Shown one piece after another: positions 1 to 9,080 of a stretch of 64,000 bases of DNA. The notes under the pieces were generated by a model. That model was not told where the DNA came from, did no database searches, and worked only from the letters and a program-made list of their open reading frames with translations. The position numbers and the translations under genes are program-made. How positions within the stretch are numbered: position 1 is the first letter of the stretch; each line of letters opens with the position of its first letter. Origin of the DNA: an uncultured Eubacteriales bacterium (GTDB taxonomy: Bacteria; Bacillota; Clostridia; Oscillospirales; CAG-272). The stretch covers positions 664 through 64,663 of the forward strand of contig CAOKER010000006.1 of NCBI GenBank assembly GCA_948467545.1. Direction: 5' to 3'.

Positions 1-1116
1 AATACGTTCGTGAGGACAGGCAATATTCATTCGTAAAAAGTTTTTTCCCGCGTCACCGTATTGTTCACCTGCGGATAGATATAAACCGGTTTCTGACCTG
101 ATAAACTCGGCCAATTCTGTACTGTCATCCGTAATATCTCCGCAGTCAAGCCACAGCAAATATGTTGCCTGAGAAGGAACAAGATGAATATACGGCAATT
201 CCTTTTCCAAAAATCTTTTGACAATCTTTTTTCCTTCGCTAATATATTTGCAAAGCTCATCAAGCCATTCACCGCCGCCGGTAAATGCCGCAATCGCAGC
301 GTCAACAGCGAATGCATTGGGCTCACCAACCTCATCCGTATTAATTGCTCTCCAAACTCTGTGCCGCAGCTGAGGATTTACTACAGAAACAGCGGAAGTT
401 TGAAGACCGGCTATATTAAAAGCCTTTGTAGGAGCTATACATGTTATACTTATATCAGCACAAAGGTCCGAAACAGAGGCGAAAGGAATATAGCTGTACC
501 CCGGCTCGGTAATGTCACAATGTATTTCATCGGATACCACAGTTACACCGTATTTTGCACAAAGCTCGCCGACGCGCCTTAATACTTCTCTGCTCCATAT
601 TTTTCCGACAGGATTATGAGGGTTACATAAAATCATAAGTCTCGTCTGAGGATCGGCAAGCTTATTTTCAAGATCATCAAAATCCACTTCATACTGCCCG
701 CCGCGGTATGCAAGAGGATTTTCTATTATATTTCTCCCATTATTTACAATGCAATTAAAAAATATGTTGTAAACCGGAGTCTGAATCAACACTTTTTCGG
801 CCGGAGAAGTAAGTTTACGAACAATGCTTGAAATAGCCGGAACAACACCCGAACAAAACACGAGCCAGCTTTTTTCCAATTTAAAATTATGACGTTTTTT
901 CCACCAATCACCAACTGCGTCATACCATTTGTCAGGTATATCGGTATAACCGAATATGCCATGAGAAGCACGCTCTTCTATTGCTTTTTTTATTGCGGGA
1001 GCAGTTTCAAAATCCATATCGGCTACCCACATCGGAAGTTCTCCACAGGATACATTCCATTTTAAAGAATTTGTTTCTCTTCGGTCAGTAAGTCTGTCAA
1101 AATCAAAATTCATCAT
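1..1116 (-). CDS. patB: PatB/MalY family PLP-dependent cystathionine beta-lyase/aminotransferase (3' end runs off the window)
   Basis: Absent from the ORF track. Ends translated by hand: MMNFDFDRLTDRRETNSLKW..LPMWVADMDF..HGIFGY and ..FLRMNIACP at the window edge, in the same frame; GGAG RBS upstream. Confidence 0.9.
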   Translation of the reverse strand, partial: MMNFDFDRLTDRRETNSLKWNVSCGELPMWVADMDFETAPAIKKAIEERASHGIFGYTDIPDKWYDAVGDWWKKRHNFKLEKSWLVFCSGVVPAISSIVRKLTSPAEKVLIQTPVYNIFFNCIVNNGRNIIENPLAYRGGQYEVDFDDLENKLADPQTRLMILCNPHNPVGKIWSREVLRRVGELCAKYGVTVVSDEIHCDITEPGYSYIPFASVSDLCADISITCIAPTKAFNIAGLQTSAVSVVNPQLRHRVWRAINTDEVGEPNAFAVDAAIAAFTGGGEWLDELCKYISEGKKIVKRFLEKELPYIHLVPSQATYLLWLDCGDITDDSTELAEFIRSETGLYLSAGEQYGDAGKNFLRMNIACPHERI

Positions 1117-1133
1117 AATAACTCCAATGAAAA

Positions 1134-1994
1134 TTAAAACGGATCATCAACCGTTCTCACAATTTCGGCCTGAATTTCTGTTTTTTCCGGATCGACTCTT
1201 TCCGGGTTCATCGTAAGTTCATCAATTCGGTCGGCTGTAATATAACCTGCGCTCGGATTGAAAACACTGTCTATACTTCCTTTTATTTCAGCATCAACAA
1301 CCGAATACTCAAAGGCTAAATTAGTATTTACCAATCGACAGTCCTTTAATACGACCCCGTCCATGTAACACAAACCCTGAAGACTTTCTATAATACAATT
1401 TTCAAATGTGACATTTTTTGCATTCCAGCCGACATACTCTCCGGAAATAAAAGAATCACGGACAGTTACATTTTCGCAGTTCCAAAAGCAATCCTTTGAT
1501 ACAATTCTCGCATTGCTTATTTCAACATCTATACACCCGTCAAACGAATAATTTCCGGTAAGGTCAAAATTATAAGCGGAGATCTCCTGACTATTCATTG
1601 CAAAATAGTCTCCCCTTACCACTACATTATTCATCCTGATATTTCTGCAATTCCATAAGGTCTCGGCAGCATTCGGAATCGTCACATATTCAAGACTTAT
1701 TCCGCTTGACCGTCTGAAAGTTTTTGGTGCATCTATAGTTGTATTTTTAATACTTACATTGTCAGTATACCATATCCCCGCACGTGCATTATCAAATAAC
1801 GTACATTCGGACATCTCAATATCACTGCTGTACCAAAGCGGATATTTCCAGCGAAAAAGACAGTTATACAGTTTTATGCTATGACTTTCCTTCAGCGGCG
1901 ATTCACCGTCCGCAAACGTAGAATATTCAATTTCCGTATCTCTTGCTCCGAAAAGCGCTCTTTCTCCTGTAAAAAGCTGCTGCACAATTAACAT
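1134..1994 (-). CDS. DUF3737 family beta-helix protein
   Basis: FTGERALF..GESPLKES..FRWKYPLW motifs; usual neighbour of patB; start moved to the ATG after AAAGGA. Confidence 0.85.
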   Translation of the reverse strand: MLIVQQLFTGERALFGARDTEIEYSTFADGESPLKESHSIKLYNCLFRWKYPLWYSSDIEMSECTLFDNARAGIWYTDNVSIKNTTIDAPKTFRRSSGISLEYVTIPNAAETLWNCRNIRMNNVVVRGDYFAMNSQEISAYNFDLTGNYSFDGCIDVEISNARIVSKDCFWNCENVTVRDSFISGEYVGWNAKNVTFENCIIESLQGLCYMDGVVLKDCRLVNTNLAFEYSVVDAEIKGSIDSVFNPSAGYITADRIDELTMNPERVDPEKTEIQAEIVRTVDDPF

Positions 1995-2134
1995 TACAAT
2001 GTATATTCCTTTCACAACGGATATTAATTTTATATAAGGCGCGCAGCGCCGCACTTTATAAAATGTATGTAAGCAAAACCTTTCTCTCGGTAATTAATAT
2101 CATGCAGAATCATTATCAAGAAAAGTCAACCTAC

Positions 2135-2228
2135 TTCAATATGGCGCAAAATGCCGTCATATGTCGACTCGGCGGCGGATTTAGTAGACTTTACCACTGC
2201 TTAAAAAACAATAGAGCCCGCCGCCGGA
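2135..2228 (+). repeat. Dispersed hairpin repeat copy (REP/MITE-like family); a short variant lies at 2034-2050
   Basis: TTCAATATGGCGCAAAATGCCGTCATATGTCGACTCGGCGGCGGA aligns with copies at 5821, 7372 (reverse) and 35282. Confidence 0.75.
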
Positions 2229-2329
2229 GAAACGGTGGACATCATGCTTTTAATTATAATTGTATATTAACATACAAAAACATAGATTTTTATGAACAGT
2301 ATGTATTTTTTTATGGACTAATATCTCGT

Positions 2330-3253
2330 CTATAGCATCACCGGCATATTGCGCAGCCACTCAGTACGAATTTGTTCATTTACCGCATAGCAATACGGTT
2401 CAAGATAATCCCCCATCGGACGGCACAGCCCCTGTTCGATAAGAACATTAATCAGAGCTTTACAAATAAGTTCAACCTCCCTCTGACACTTTTCCGGAGA
2501 CTCACCGTAAAGCAGCAGAAGAGTATTAAGCTTATTTGATTCAGCGCCAAGTACAGGCTGAAGCGCGGCAGTACGGATAATCCATTTATAATAAGGCGGA
2601 TAGACCGAATTTATTAAACAAACAACCGACGCATAGCTTTCAATAAATTTTGTAAGCGCAATTCCGGCAGCCCCGGACTCACCATGTGACAGGCACCTCA
2701 TAAAGTTATACTGCCCGGACTGTGCAGTATCAAAAAGCAGAGAGGCAATTCTTTTCAGTCTGACATCATCCGGCATACCGTTCTTTATTTTATTGCGTAT
2801 TTCGGTAAATTTTCCGAGCGGATCATAAAACACTTCTCCGTTCACAGCCTCTGCAAGAGCCTGCACCGGCAGATACAGCCAATCCTTCGTACTCTGCGGA
2901 GCTCCGGGACCGCCTGTATACAGTCGATAAAAATCTTCAATCGTCATTACACCGCGGCCGGCAAAGCCGCCGCTCTGCCGTAACCTGACAACACCCATAT
3001 ATTCATTCGGAAGAGACGAATACGCACGCGACAATTTAAATCCGTATTCATACTCATACTCCTCAGGCAGCCATATGCAAAATCCTGCTGAAAAATCATG
3101 ATCTTTTGAAATATCATCATCAAAACCAAAACATTCCGAACCATGTCCAACCAAACCGACAGCAATCCTGTCAAGAAGCTCCGGAAAGTTCTCTTTAAGC
3201 ATCGGAAAACCATACTCATTAAAGAAGCTGCGTGATAATTCAATTCCTTTCAT
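2330..3253 (-). CDS. DUF4037 domain protein (nucleotidyltransferase-like)
   Basis: MKGIELS..AVGLVGHGSECFGFDDDISKDHDF..EAVNGEVFYD..PPYYKW. Confidence 0.85.
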   Translation of the reverse strand: MKGIELSRSFFNEYGFPMLKENFPELLDRIAVGLVGHGSECFGFDDDISKDHDFSAGFCIWLPEEYEYEYGFKLSRAYSSLPNEYMGVVRLRQSGGFAGRGVMTIEDFYRLYTGGPGAPQSTKDWLYLPVQALAEAVNGEVFYDPLGKFTEIRNKIKNGMPDDVRLKRIASLLFDTAQSGQYNFMRCLSHGESGAAGIALTKFIESYASVVCLINSVYPPYYKWIIRTAALQPVLGAESNKLNTLLLLYGESPEKCQREVELICKALINVLIEQGLCRPMGDYLEPYCYAVNEQIRTEWLRNMPVML

Positions 3254-4034
3254 AAATCCTGTCTGCCTCTGATTTTAAAATTTCACCTCTATCCTCCTGA
3301 CCGAAATAGTCAAACGAAGGAGCGCATTTCGAACATACAAAAGCAAAATTTCCGTTTTTTTCGAGATAACCGCCGTTTAGTATTTCCCACGCATCGTCGA
3401 GCAGCTTGTGTATCAACTCTGTATTATAGTCGGACTTATCGTAAAGATGAGCAAGATTGATAAGGCTGACAGCGATTTCAGCGTCATGCTCTCCGTCAGC
3501 ACGAAGAATTTTAACAGCTCTTTTATAACTGTTTTCCGCCTCGGCTAAGAGATTAAGATCTTCAAAAGCAAGCGCCATATTGTTATACAGTGCGGCAAAG
3601 TTGTAATCGTCTGCGGCAAGCCTTTCGGAATAAATATCAAAAGCCTTTTCATAGTAAAGCAGCGCCTTTTCAGATTCTCCGAATGCCTTCAGCGTAGTTG
3701 CAACATTGACATATACCGTGCCTATAGCAGAAGTTTTCTCAATATTACCTTTCTCAATAATATTAACAGCCTCCGAAATTACAGACATACCTCTGTCGAT
3801 ATTTCCTGTCCTGCGAAAAAATCCTATTTCTTCATTCAGTATGTCTATAAGCTCCTCTGGTACTCCTCCGAGACGGGCTTCTCCCTCCCAGAACAGCAAG
3901 AATTTTTCTGCTCCTGCGAGATCATTTCGTGAAAAATATTCGTCAAGCTTATTCAATACGCGTTTTATCGGCATTCGGTTTGAAGATTCATCCATCTTTC
4001 CGCGGCAGGCTTCACAATATTCATCTGTATACAT
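3240..4034 (-). CDS. Tetratricopeptide repeat protein
   Basis: TPR-like helices (NVATTLKAFG..AALYNNMALA..LINLAHLY); overlaps the DUF4037 gene start. Confidence 0.8.
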   Translation of the reverse strand: MYTDEYCEACRGKMDESSNRMPIKRVLNKLDEYFSRNDLAGAEKFLLFWEGEARLGGVPEELIDILNEEIGFFRRTGNIDRGMSVISEAVNIIEKGNIEKTSAIGTVYVNVATTLKAFGESEKALLYYEKAFDIYSERLAADDYNFAALYNNMALAFEDLNLLAEAENSYKRAVKILRADGEHDAEIAVSLINLAHLYDKSDYNTELIHKLLDDAWEILNGGYLEKNGNFAFVCSKCAPSFDYFGQEDRGEILKSEADRIYERN

Positions 4035-4049
4035 AATAAATCAATCCCT

Positions 4050-4544
4050 TTAATTTTTTTCCTCGGACTGACATTTGATTAAATCGCGGATTTCCGAAAG
4101 GAGCAAAACCTCCTCCGACGGTTTCGGAGTCTCAGTCTCCGCATTTTCGGATTCGTCCGCCTGTTTGTCCTTTTCCTCCTGAAGAAGCTTAGCCTTTGCT
4201 GCCTCAAACTTATTCTTCATATTCATAACAATCCGAAGAAATAAAAATATTGATAAAGCAATTATCAGGAAGTCTATAATGCTTTGAATAAAGTTTCCAT
4301 ATGTAAGAGCTACCTCGGCCTTTACGGCATTTCCGTCGGAATCGAGTACGGCGTGCCTCAGTACAAGCTTCAAATCGGTAAGGTTTACGCTGCCGGTCAA
4401 AAGACTTATAAACGGAGTAATTACGTCGGCAACAAACGAAGATACAATCTTACCGAACGCAGAGCCGATTACCACACCGACAGCCATGTCGATTACATTG
4501 CCCTTTGACGCAAATTTTTTAAAATCTTCCCAAAACTTTTTCAT
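4050..4544 (-). CDS. mscL: Large-conductance mechanosensitive channel
   Basis: FKKFASKGNVIDMAVGVVIGSAFGKIVSS..YGNFIQSIIDFLII..LLSEIRDL. Confidence 0.97.
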   Translation of the reverse strand: MKKFWEDFKKFASKGNVIDMAVGVVIGSAFGKIVSSFVADVITPFISLLTGSVNLTDLKLVLRHAVLDSDGNAVKAEVALTYGNFIQSIIDFLIIALSIFLFLRIVMNMKNKFEAAKAKLLQEEKDKQADESENAETETPKPSEEVLLLSEIRDLIKCQSEEKN

Positions 4545-4630
4545 AACAAAAATACCATCCTTTTTTATGACTGAAGGTCAGAACAGAAAGTGCAGAAACG
4601 GATTATCAATAATCGAAAAAAGTATGTACT

Positions 4631-4672
4631 CTAATTTCGAGAAACTAATTTCCAAAAACTAATTTCGAGAAA
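4631..4672 (-). repeat. 14-bp tandem triplication of the last 14 nt of mnmA, including the stop codon
   Basis: ctaatttcgagaaa / ctaatttccaaaaa / ctaatttcgagaaa; the third copy holds the mnmA TAG at 4659-4661. Confidence 0.85.
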
Positions 4673-5753
4673 CAATTGTTCCGCCGCCTACCACAGTATC
4701 TCCGTCATAAAGCACAACTGCCTGACCGCAGGTAACGGCACGCTGCGGTTCATCAAAAACAACATGTATACGATTCGGTCCCGTCTGCGTAACGGTCGCA
4801 TTCTGCTCCGCATGACGATATCTGACCTTGGCTTTTACCCTCATTGGTTTATCTATTTTTTCTACAGAAATAAGATTAACGCCGTCAGCCTCAAGCTCTC
4901 GGCTGAAAAGCAACTCTCCACGCCCAAGAATTACCCGGTTTGAAACAGAATCTATGCCGCAGACATAAAGCGGTTCGGACAGAGAAAGTCCCAAGCCGCG
5001 TCTTTGCCCTATCGTATAATGAATTATTCCTTTATGCCTGCCAATCACTTCACCGTCAGTTGTAACAAAATCTCCCGCGGGGTATTTTTTACCGGTATAT
5101 TTTTCAATAAACTCCGTATACTTTCCGTCCGGAATAAAGCATATATCCTGACTTTCGCTTTTTTTTGCATTACAAAAGCCGTTCTCCTCTGCCAAATGTC
5201 TCACTTCTGTTTTTGAGAGTCCGCCGAGAGGAAATAAAACATGAGAAAGACGCTCCTGTGTCAAAGAATATAATACGTAAGTCTGATCTTTTTCAAGAGT
5301 AACAGCCTTCTTAAGCATATACCTTTTCTTTTCAAAATCATACTCAATCTTTGCATAATGTCCTGTTGCAACATAATCGCATCCGAAGTCTTCGGCTCTT
5401 TCGAGCAAGCTGCCGAATTTCAGTTCTCTGTTACAGTCAATACAAGGATTCGGAGTTATACCGTTTTCGTATGCATTTACAAATCGATCGATAACACAGG
5501 AGGAGAATTTACTATGTAAATCTAAAACCGTGTGGTTTATTCCGAGAAGCTCAGATACCCGTTTTGCGTCTATAACGTCCTCAGAGACAGTATCGCAATC
5601 CGCATCCTTACGGTATAAATTCATCGTTACTCCCAAGCATTTGAATCCCTTTTCAGAAAGAATAAGAGCCGCAACACTTGAATCAACTCCGCCGCTCATT
5701 GCAACCAGCACATTTTTTTCTGAATCTTTGTTACACAGAACATTATCTACCAT
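4659..5753 (-). CDS. mnmA: tRNA 2-thiouridine(34) synthase
   Basis: VAMSGGVDSSV, TPNPCIDCN, ATGHY, KDQTY, ESQDICF, YTIGQRRG. Confidence 0.97.
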   Translation of the reverse strand: MVDNVLCNKDSEKNVLVAMSGGVDSSVAALILSEKGFKCLGVTMNLYRKDADCDTVSEDVIDAKRVSELLGINHTVLDLHSKFSSCVIDRFVNAYENGITPNPCIDCNRELKFGSLLERAEDFGCDYVATGHYAKIEYDFEKKRYMLKKAVTLEKDQTYVLYSLTQERLSHVLFPLGGLSKTEVRHLAEENGFCNAKKSESQDICFIPDGKYTEFIEKYTGKKYPAGDFVTTDGEVIGRHKGIIHYTIGQRRGLGLSLSEPLYVCGIDSVSNRVILGRGELLFSRELEADGVNLISVEKIDKPMRVKAKVRYRHAEQNATVTQTGPNRIHVVFDEPQRAVTCGQAVVLYDGDTVVGGGTIVSRN

Positions 5754-5820
5754 CAATATAAAACCATACCCTATTGAACATAATCAAAGCAAAAAACAAC
5801 ATAATATACAAGACGTACTT

Positions 5821-5890
5821 TTCAATAAGGCGCAAAGCGCCGTCATATCTCGATTCAGCGGCGGATTGTACCTCCGCCGAAAAAGCCGTA
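5821..5890 (+). repeat. Dispersed hairpin repeat copy (best-conserved)
   Basis: TTCAATAAGGCGCAAAGCGCCGTCATA..GGCGGAttgtaccTCCGCCGAAAAAGCCG. Confidence 0.8.
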
Positions 5891-5914
5891 ACAGCTCAAC
5901 GCAGCAGCGGAGGG

Positions 5915-5986
5915 GTATATGAGAGGTATATGTGAGATACATGAAAGATACATGCGAGGTACACGCGAAGTACATGCAGGGTACAT
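5915..5986 (+). repeat. Degenerate 11-bp tandem array (about 6.5 units, consensus GTACATGCGAG)
   Basis: gtatatgagag gtatatgtgag atacatgaaag atacatgcgag gtacacgcgaa gtacatgcagg gtacat. Confidence 0.8.
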
Positions 5987-6161
5987 CTTGCTTTAGTTAT
6001 AACATCCGTATGAATTTTATTTTATCATAAACAGATAAAAAAATCAATACATACTCGATTAAGAGATATACATTTCTGTAATAATTCTAAAAATCTCAAA
6101 CAAATACAAAGAGTACTCAGATTTAAAAATCAACATGAAATTTCTGTTAAACTGCCGATAA

Positions 6162-6962
6162 TCAGCTATAAAGCGTCAATAAAACTATTTCCCGCGGATT
6201 GCATATTCGCGGAATAAACGAATGGTTGGCAAGTCCGCATCCTATGACAAGACGATTTTCATATACCCCTGACGTGTATTTTGGAAAAAGTCCCTGTCCC
6301 GGAGCAAATACTCCGCGTCCAAAAAGTCTGATTTGTCCGCCGTGTGCATGCCCGCTGCATGTTATATCAATATCAAGCTTCCGTATAAACTTATCGTAAT
6401 ATTCCGGATTGTGGCAAAGCAGGATTTTAAAGCCTTCAACAGAAGCAAAAGCCTTAAGGCTTTTATCGTCAATACGTAAAAGATATGACGGGATATTTCC
6501 AATACCTCTTAATTTATAAAATAAGGCCGACGTTTTTGATTTTCTTTCTATGAATTGAGCAGACGGAAGTCCTCCGATATATATACGCGCATCTCCGATC
6601 CGAATTTCTTCATACGTATTATCCACAAGATGAACGCCGGCATCAAGCAGTTTTTTTATTTCAAATTTCGGAAGGACTTTCTCATGGTTTCCGCAGGAAA
6701 AATATACCGGTGCAATTTTAGCCGCTTCTGCGAGAAAGGCAATACCAAGATCATACCCTTTATGCTTATGCTCAATTATATCTCCGGGAGCTGCTATCAA
6801 ATCGGGTTTGCAAAATTTAGTAAGCTTGATTACATCGTCATAAGGTCTCCCGTGCATATCGCTCAGTATGGCAATCCTGACAGGACGACGCTCGTCTCCG
6901 CAGTACAGCCGTTCTTTATTTACTTTGATTTTATATTTTGTAATTTTTATTCTATCAGGCAC
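6162..6962 (-). CDS. Calcineurin-like metallophosphoesterase (YkuE-like)
   Basis: SDMH, GD, GNHE, LLCH, SGHAHGGQ motifs; probable GTG start after GAAAGGA. Confidence 0.88.
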   Translation of the reverse strand: MPDRIKITKYKIKVNKERLYCGDERRPVRIAILSDMHGRPYDDVIKLTKFCKPDLIAAPGDIIEHKHKGYDLGIAFLAEAAKIAPVYFSCGNHEKVLPKFEIKKLLDAGVHLVDNTYEEIRIGDARIYIGGLPSAQFIERKSKTSALFYKLRGIGNIPSYLLRIDDKSLKAFASVEGFKILLCHNPEYYDKFIRKLDIDITCSGHAHGGQIRLFGRGVFAPGQGLFPKYTSGVYENRLVIGCGLANHSFIPRICNPREIVLLTLYS

Positions 6963-7300
6963 GTTATTACGCTTTCCTTTCCAATTTAATAAGTATCCCA
7001 AGGCTGTAACAAAAATATGCTAATGCCGCAAAACACACAGCCCAAAATAAAATACCTTGCCATGCAGATGAAATAATTTCATTCAATTATAAAGGTTAAT
7101 CTCAACAGCAAATCCGATTAAAACAACTATACTAATTTTACCATTTGTACCTTAATATATCAAGTACGAATAATATTGTTTAATAAAGATTAACAGTCAT
7201 CGTCCGAATAATCACTATGTTTGATTATAGTTATATTTTTATCCATTTTCTTATTTTTATAACTAAAAGCAAATATCCCCTCAATCTAAGTAAGCGGACT

Positions 7301-7372
7301 GTTCCGTCTTTTTTCAGCGGGGGTACGCTGCGCCGTCCGGAAGCCGTATGACGTCGCTTTGCGCCTTATTAA
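7301..7372 (-). repeat. Dispersed hairpin repeat copy (inverted)
   Basis: Reverse complement TTAATAAGGCGCAAAGCGACGTCATA..GTACCCCCGCTGAAAAAAGACGG. Confidence 0.75.
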
Positions 7373-7530
7373 GCAAGCTTTTTAACTTTCACGGTATTTT
7401 TATCTTTCATTCACATTCAAAATTACATTCCTGCTTATTTTTCTGAATAAATTCCCCGTTTTTGTTAAAAATATCCGATAGACAGAACTAACATAACTGT
7501 TTTTCAGACATGAAAGGAATGGTCTAACCA

Positions 7531-8526
7531 ATGCAGAAAGGATATATAGAATTACAAAAACCGCCGGTTATAGTATCAGCCGCGTCGGTTGTCGGAAAGC
7601 ACGAATACGAGGGACCGCTCGGGCAATTTTTTGATTTGCATGATCCCGACGGAGGCTTTGGACAAAAAACATGGGAACAGGCCGAAGCAGAAATGCAGCG
7701 TCAGGCAATAAATATAGCTTTATCAAAGGCAAAAACCGACGCCAAAAACATAGACGCACTTTTCGCAGGAGACTTAATCAATCAATGTATATGTTCGGCA
7801 CAAGGTACTTTATCATACGATATTCCGTTTTTCGGACTGTACGGAGCGTGCTCTACCATTGCGGAGGGGCTTATACTTTCGTCGCTCCTCATATCGTCGG
7901 GAATATACGAAAGTACAATCGCAGCAGCTTCATCCCACAACAGCACGGCGGAACGTCAATACAGATTTCCTCTCGAATACGGAGGTCAACGGACCCCTAC
8001 TGCTCAGTGGACCGTAACAGGTGCGGGAGCATATGTTCTGATGTCTGACGGAAACGGTCCGCACATTGCCGGGGTAATGCCCGGAAGATCGGTTGAACGC
8101 GGAATCGACGATGCTAATAATATGGGAGCAGCAATGGCTCCGGCAGTAATAGATACTCTGACGCGGTATTTTACACAAACCGGTACTTCTCCCGCAGATT
8201 ACGATCTTATTGCAACCGGAGATCTCGGCGTTGAAGGCCACGGTATTGTTTCGGAACTTATGAAAAACGAAGGATACGACATGGGTGAAAATTACAATGA
8301 CTGCGGCATGCTCATATATGATATAGAAAAGCAGGACATGCATGCCGGAGCATCAGGCTGCGGCTGTTCTGCCGTCGTTCTTGCCGCCTCCATACTCGAA
8401 AGAATAAAGTGCGGAGAGCTGAAAGATATACTTTTTATAGGAACAGGAGCACTTATGAATCCGATGAGCGTTCAGCAGGGACAGGCAATTCCGGGAATTG
8501 CACATCTTGTAAGAATAAAAAAATGA
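7531..8526 (+). CDS. spoVAD: Stage V sporulation protein AD
   Basis: EYEGPLG, AGDLINQC, GLYGACST, AERQYRFPLEYGGQRTPTAQWTVTG, GASGCGCS. Confidence 0.96.
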   Translation: MQKGYIELQKPPVIVSAASVVGKHEYEGPLGQFFDLHDPDGGFGQKTWEQAEAEMQRQAINIALSKAKTDAKNIDALFAGDLINQCICSAQGTLSYDIPFFGLYGACSTIAEGLILSSLLISSGIYESTIAAASSHNSTAERQYRFPLEYGGQRTPTAQWTVTGAGAYVLMSDGNGPHIAGVMPGRSVERGIDDANNMGAAMAPAVIDTLTRYFTQTGTSPADYDLIATGDLGVEGHGIVSELMKNEGYDMGENYNDCGMLIYDIEKQDMHAGASGCGCSAVVLAASILERIKCGELKDILFIGTGALMNPMSVQQGQAIPGIAHLVRIKK

Positions 8527-8613
8527 AATGTAACTATTCTGAATTCTAAAAATAAAAGATACACTGCACAGTTAATAGTACAGCTAATAAAAATTTGAAA
8601 GGAAGATGTAAAA

Positions 8614-8967
8614 ATGATATATCTGTGGGCATTTCTTATCGGAGGCGGTCTGTGCGTAATCGCGCAGCTCCTGATAGATTACACAAAGCTTACACCGGCA
8701 AGAATTCTTGTACTGTACGTATGCCTTGGGGTAGCGCTTACCGCAGTGGGAATTTATGAGCCGCTTGTAGACCTTGCAGGCTGCGGAGCCACGACACCTC
8801 TTACCGGATTCGGCTACAGCCTTGCAAAAGGAGTACAAAAGGCGGTTGACGAGCGCGGACTTATAGGCGCAATAATCGGCGGACTGACAGGCACAGCCGG
8901 AGGAATTACAGTCGCAATAGTAAGCGGACTTATAATCGGAGCATTATTCAAAGAAAAAGAAAAATAA
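8614..8967 (+). CDS. spoVAE: Stage V sporulation protein AE (SpoVAEb)
   Basis: AFLIGGGLCVIAQLLIDYTKLTPARILV..GATTPLTGFG. Confidence 0.93.
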   Translation: MIYLWAFLIGGGLCVIAQLLIDYTKLTPARILVLYVCLGVALTAVGIYEPLVDLAGCGATTPLTGFGYSLAKGVQKAVDERGLIGAIIGGLTGTAGGITVAIVSGLIIGALFKEKEK

Positions 8968-8999
8968 TTAATACCGGTATACAATTCTATATAAAAACA

Positions 9000-9039
9000 G
9001 CTTCCGCCGACAAATAATTTTTGCGGCGGAAGCCTTTTT
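9000..9039. terminator. Intrinsic terminator between convergent spoVAE and comEC
   Basis: GCTTCCGCCG..CGGCGGAAGC followed by a T-run. Confidence 0.7.
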
Positions 9040-9080
9040 AATAGAAAAGTATTCCGTAAAAAGCCGTTTCTAACTCGGTT

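Noticed and set aside
2055-2330. S-box or T-box upstream of DUF3737-patB; preQ1 riboswitch upstream of tgt
   Set aside because: Consensus motifs were not found by eye.
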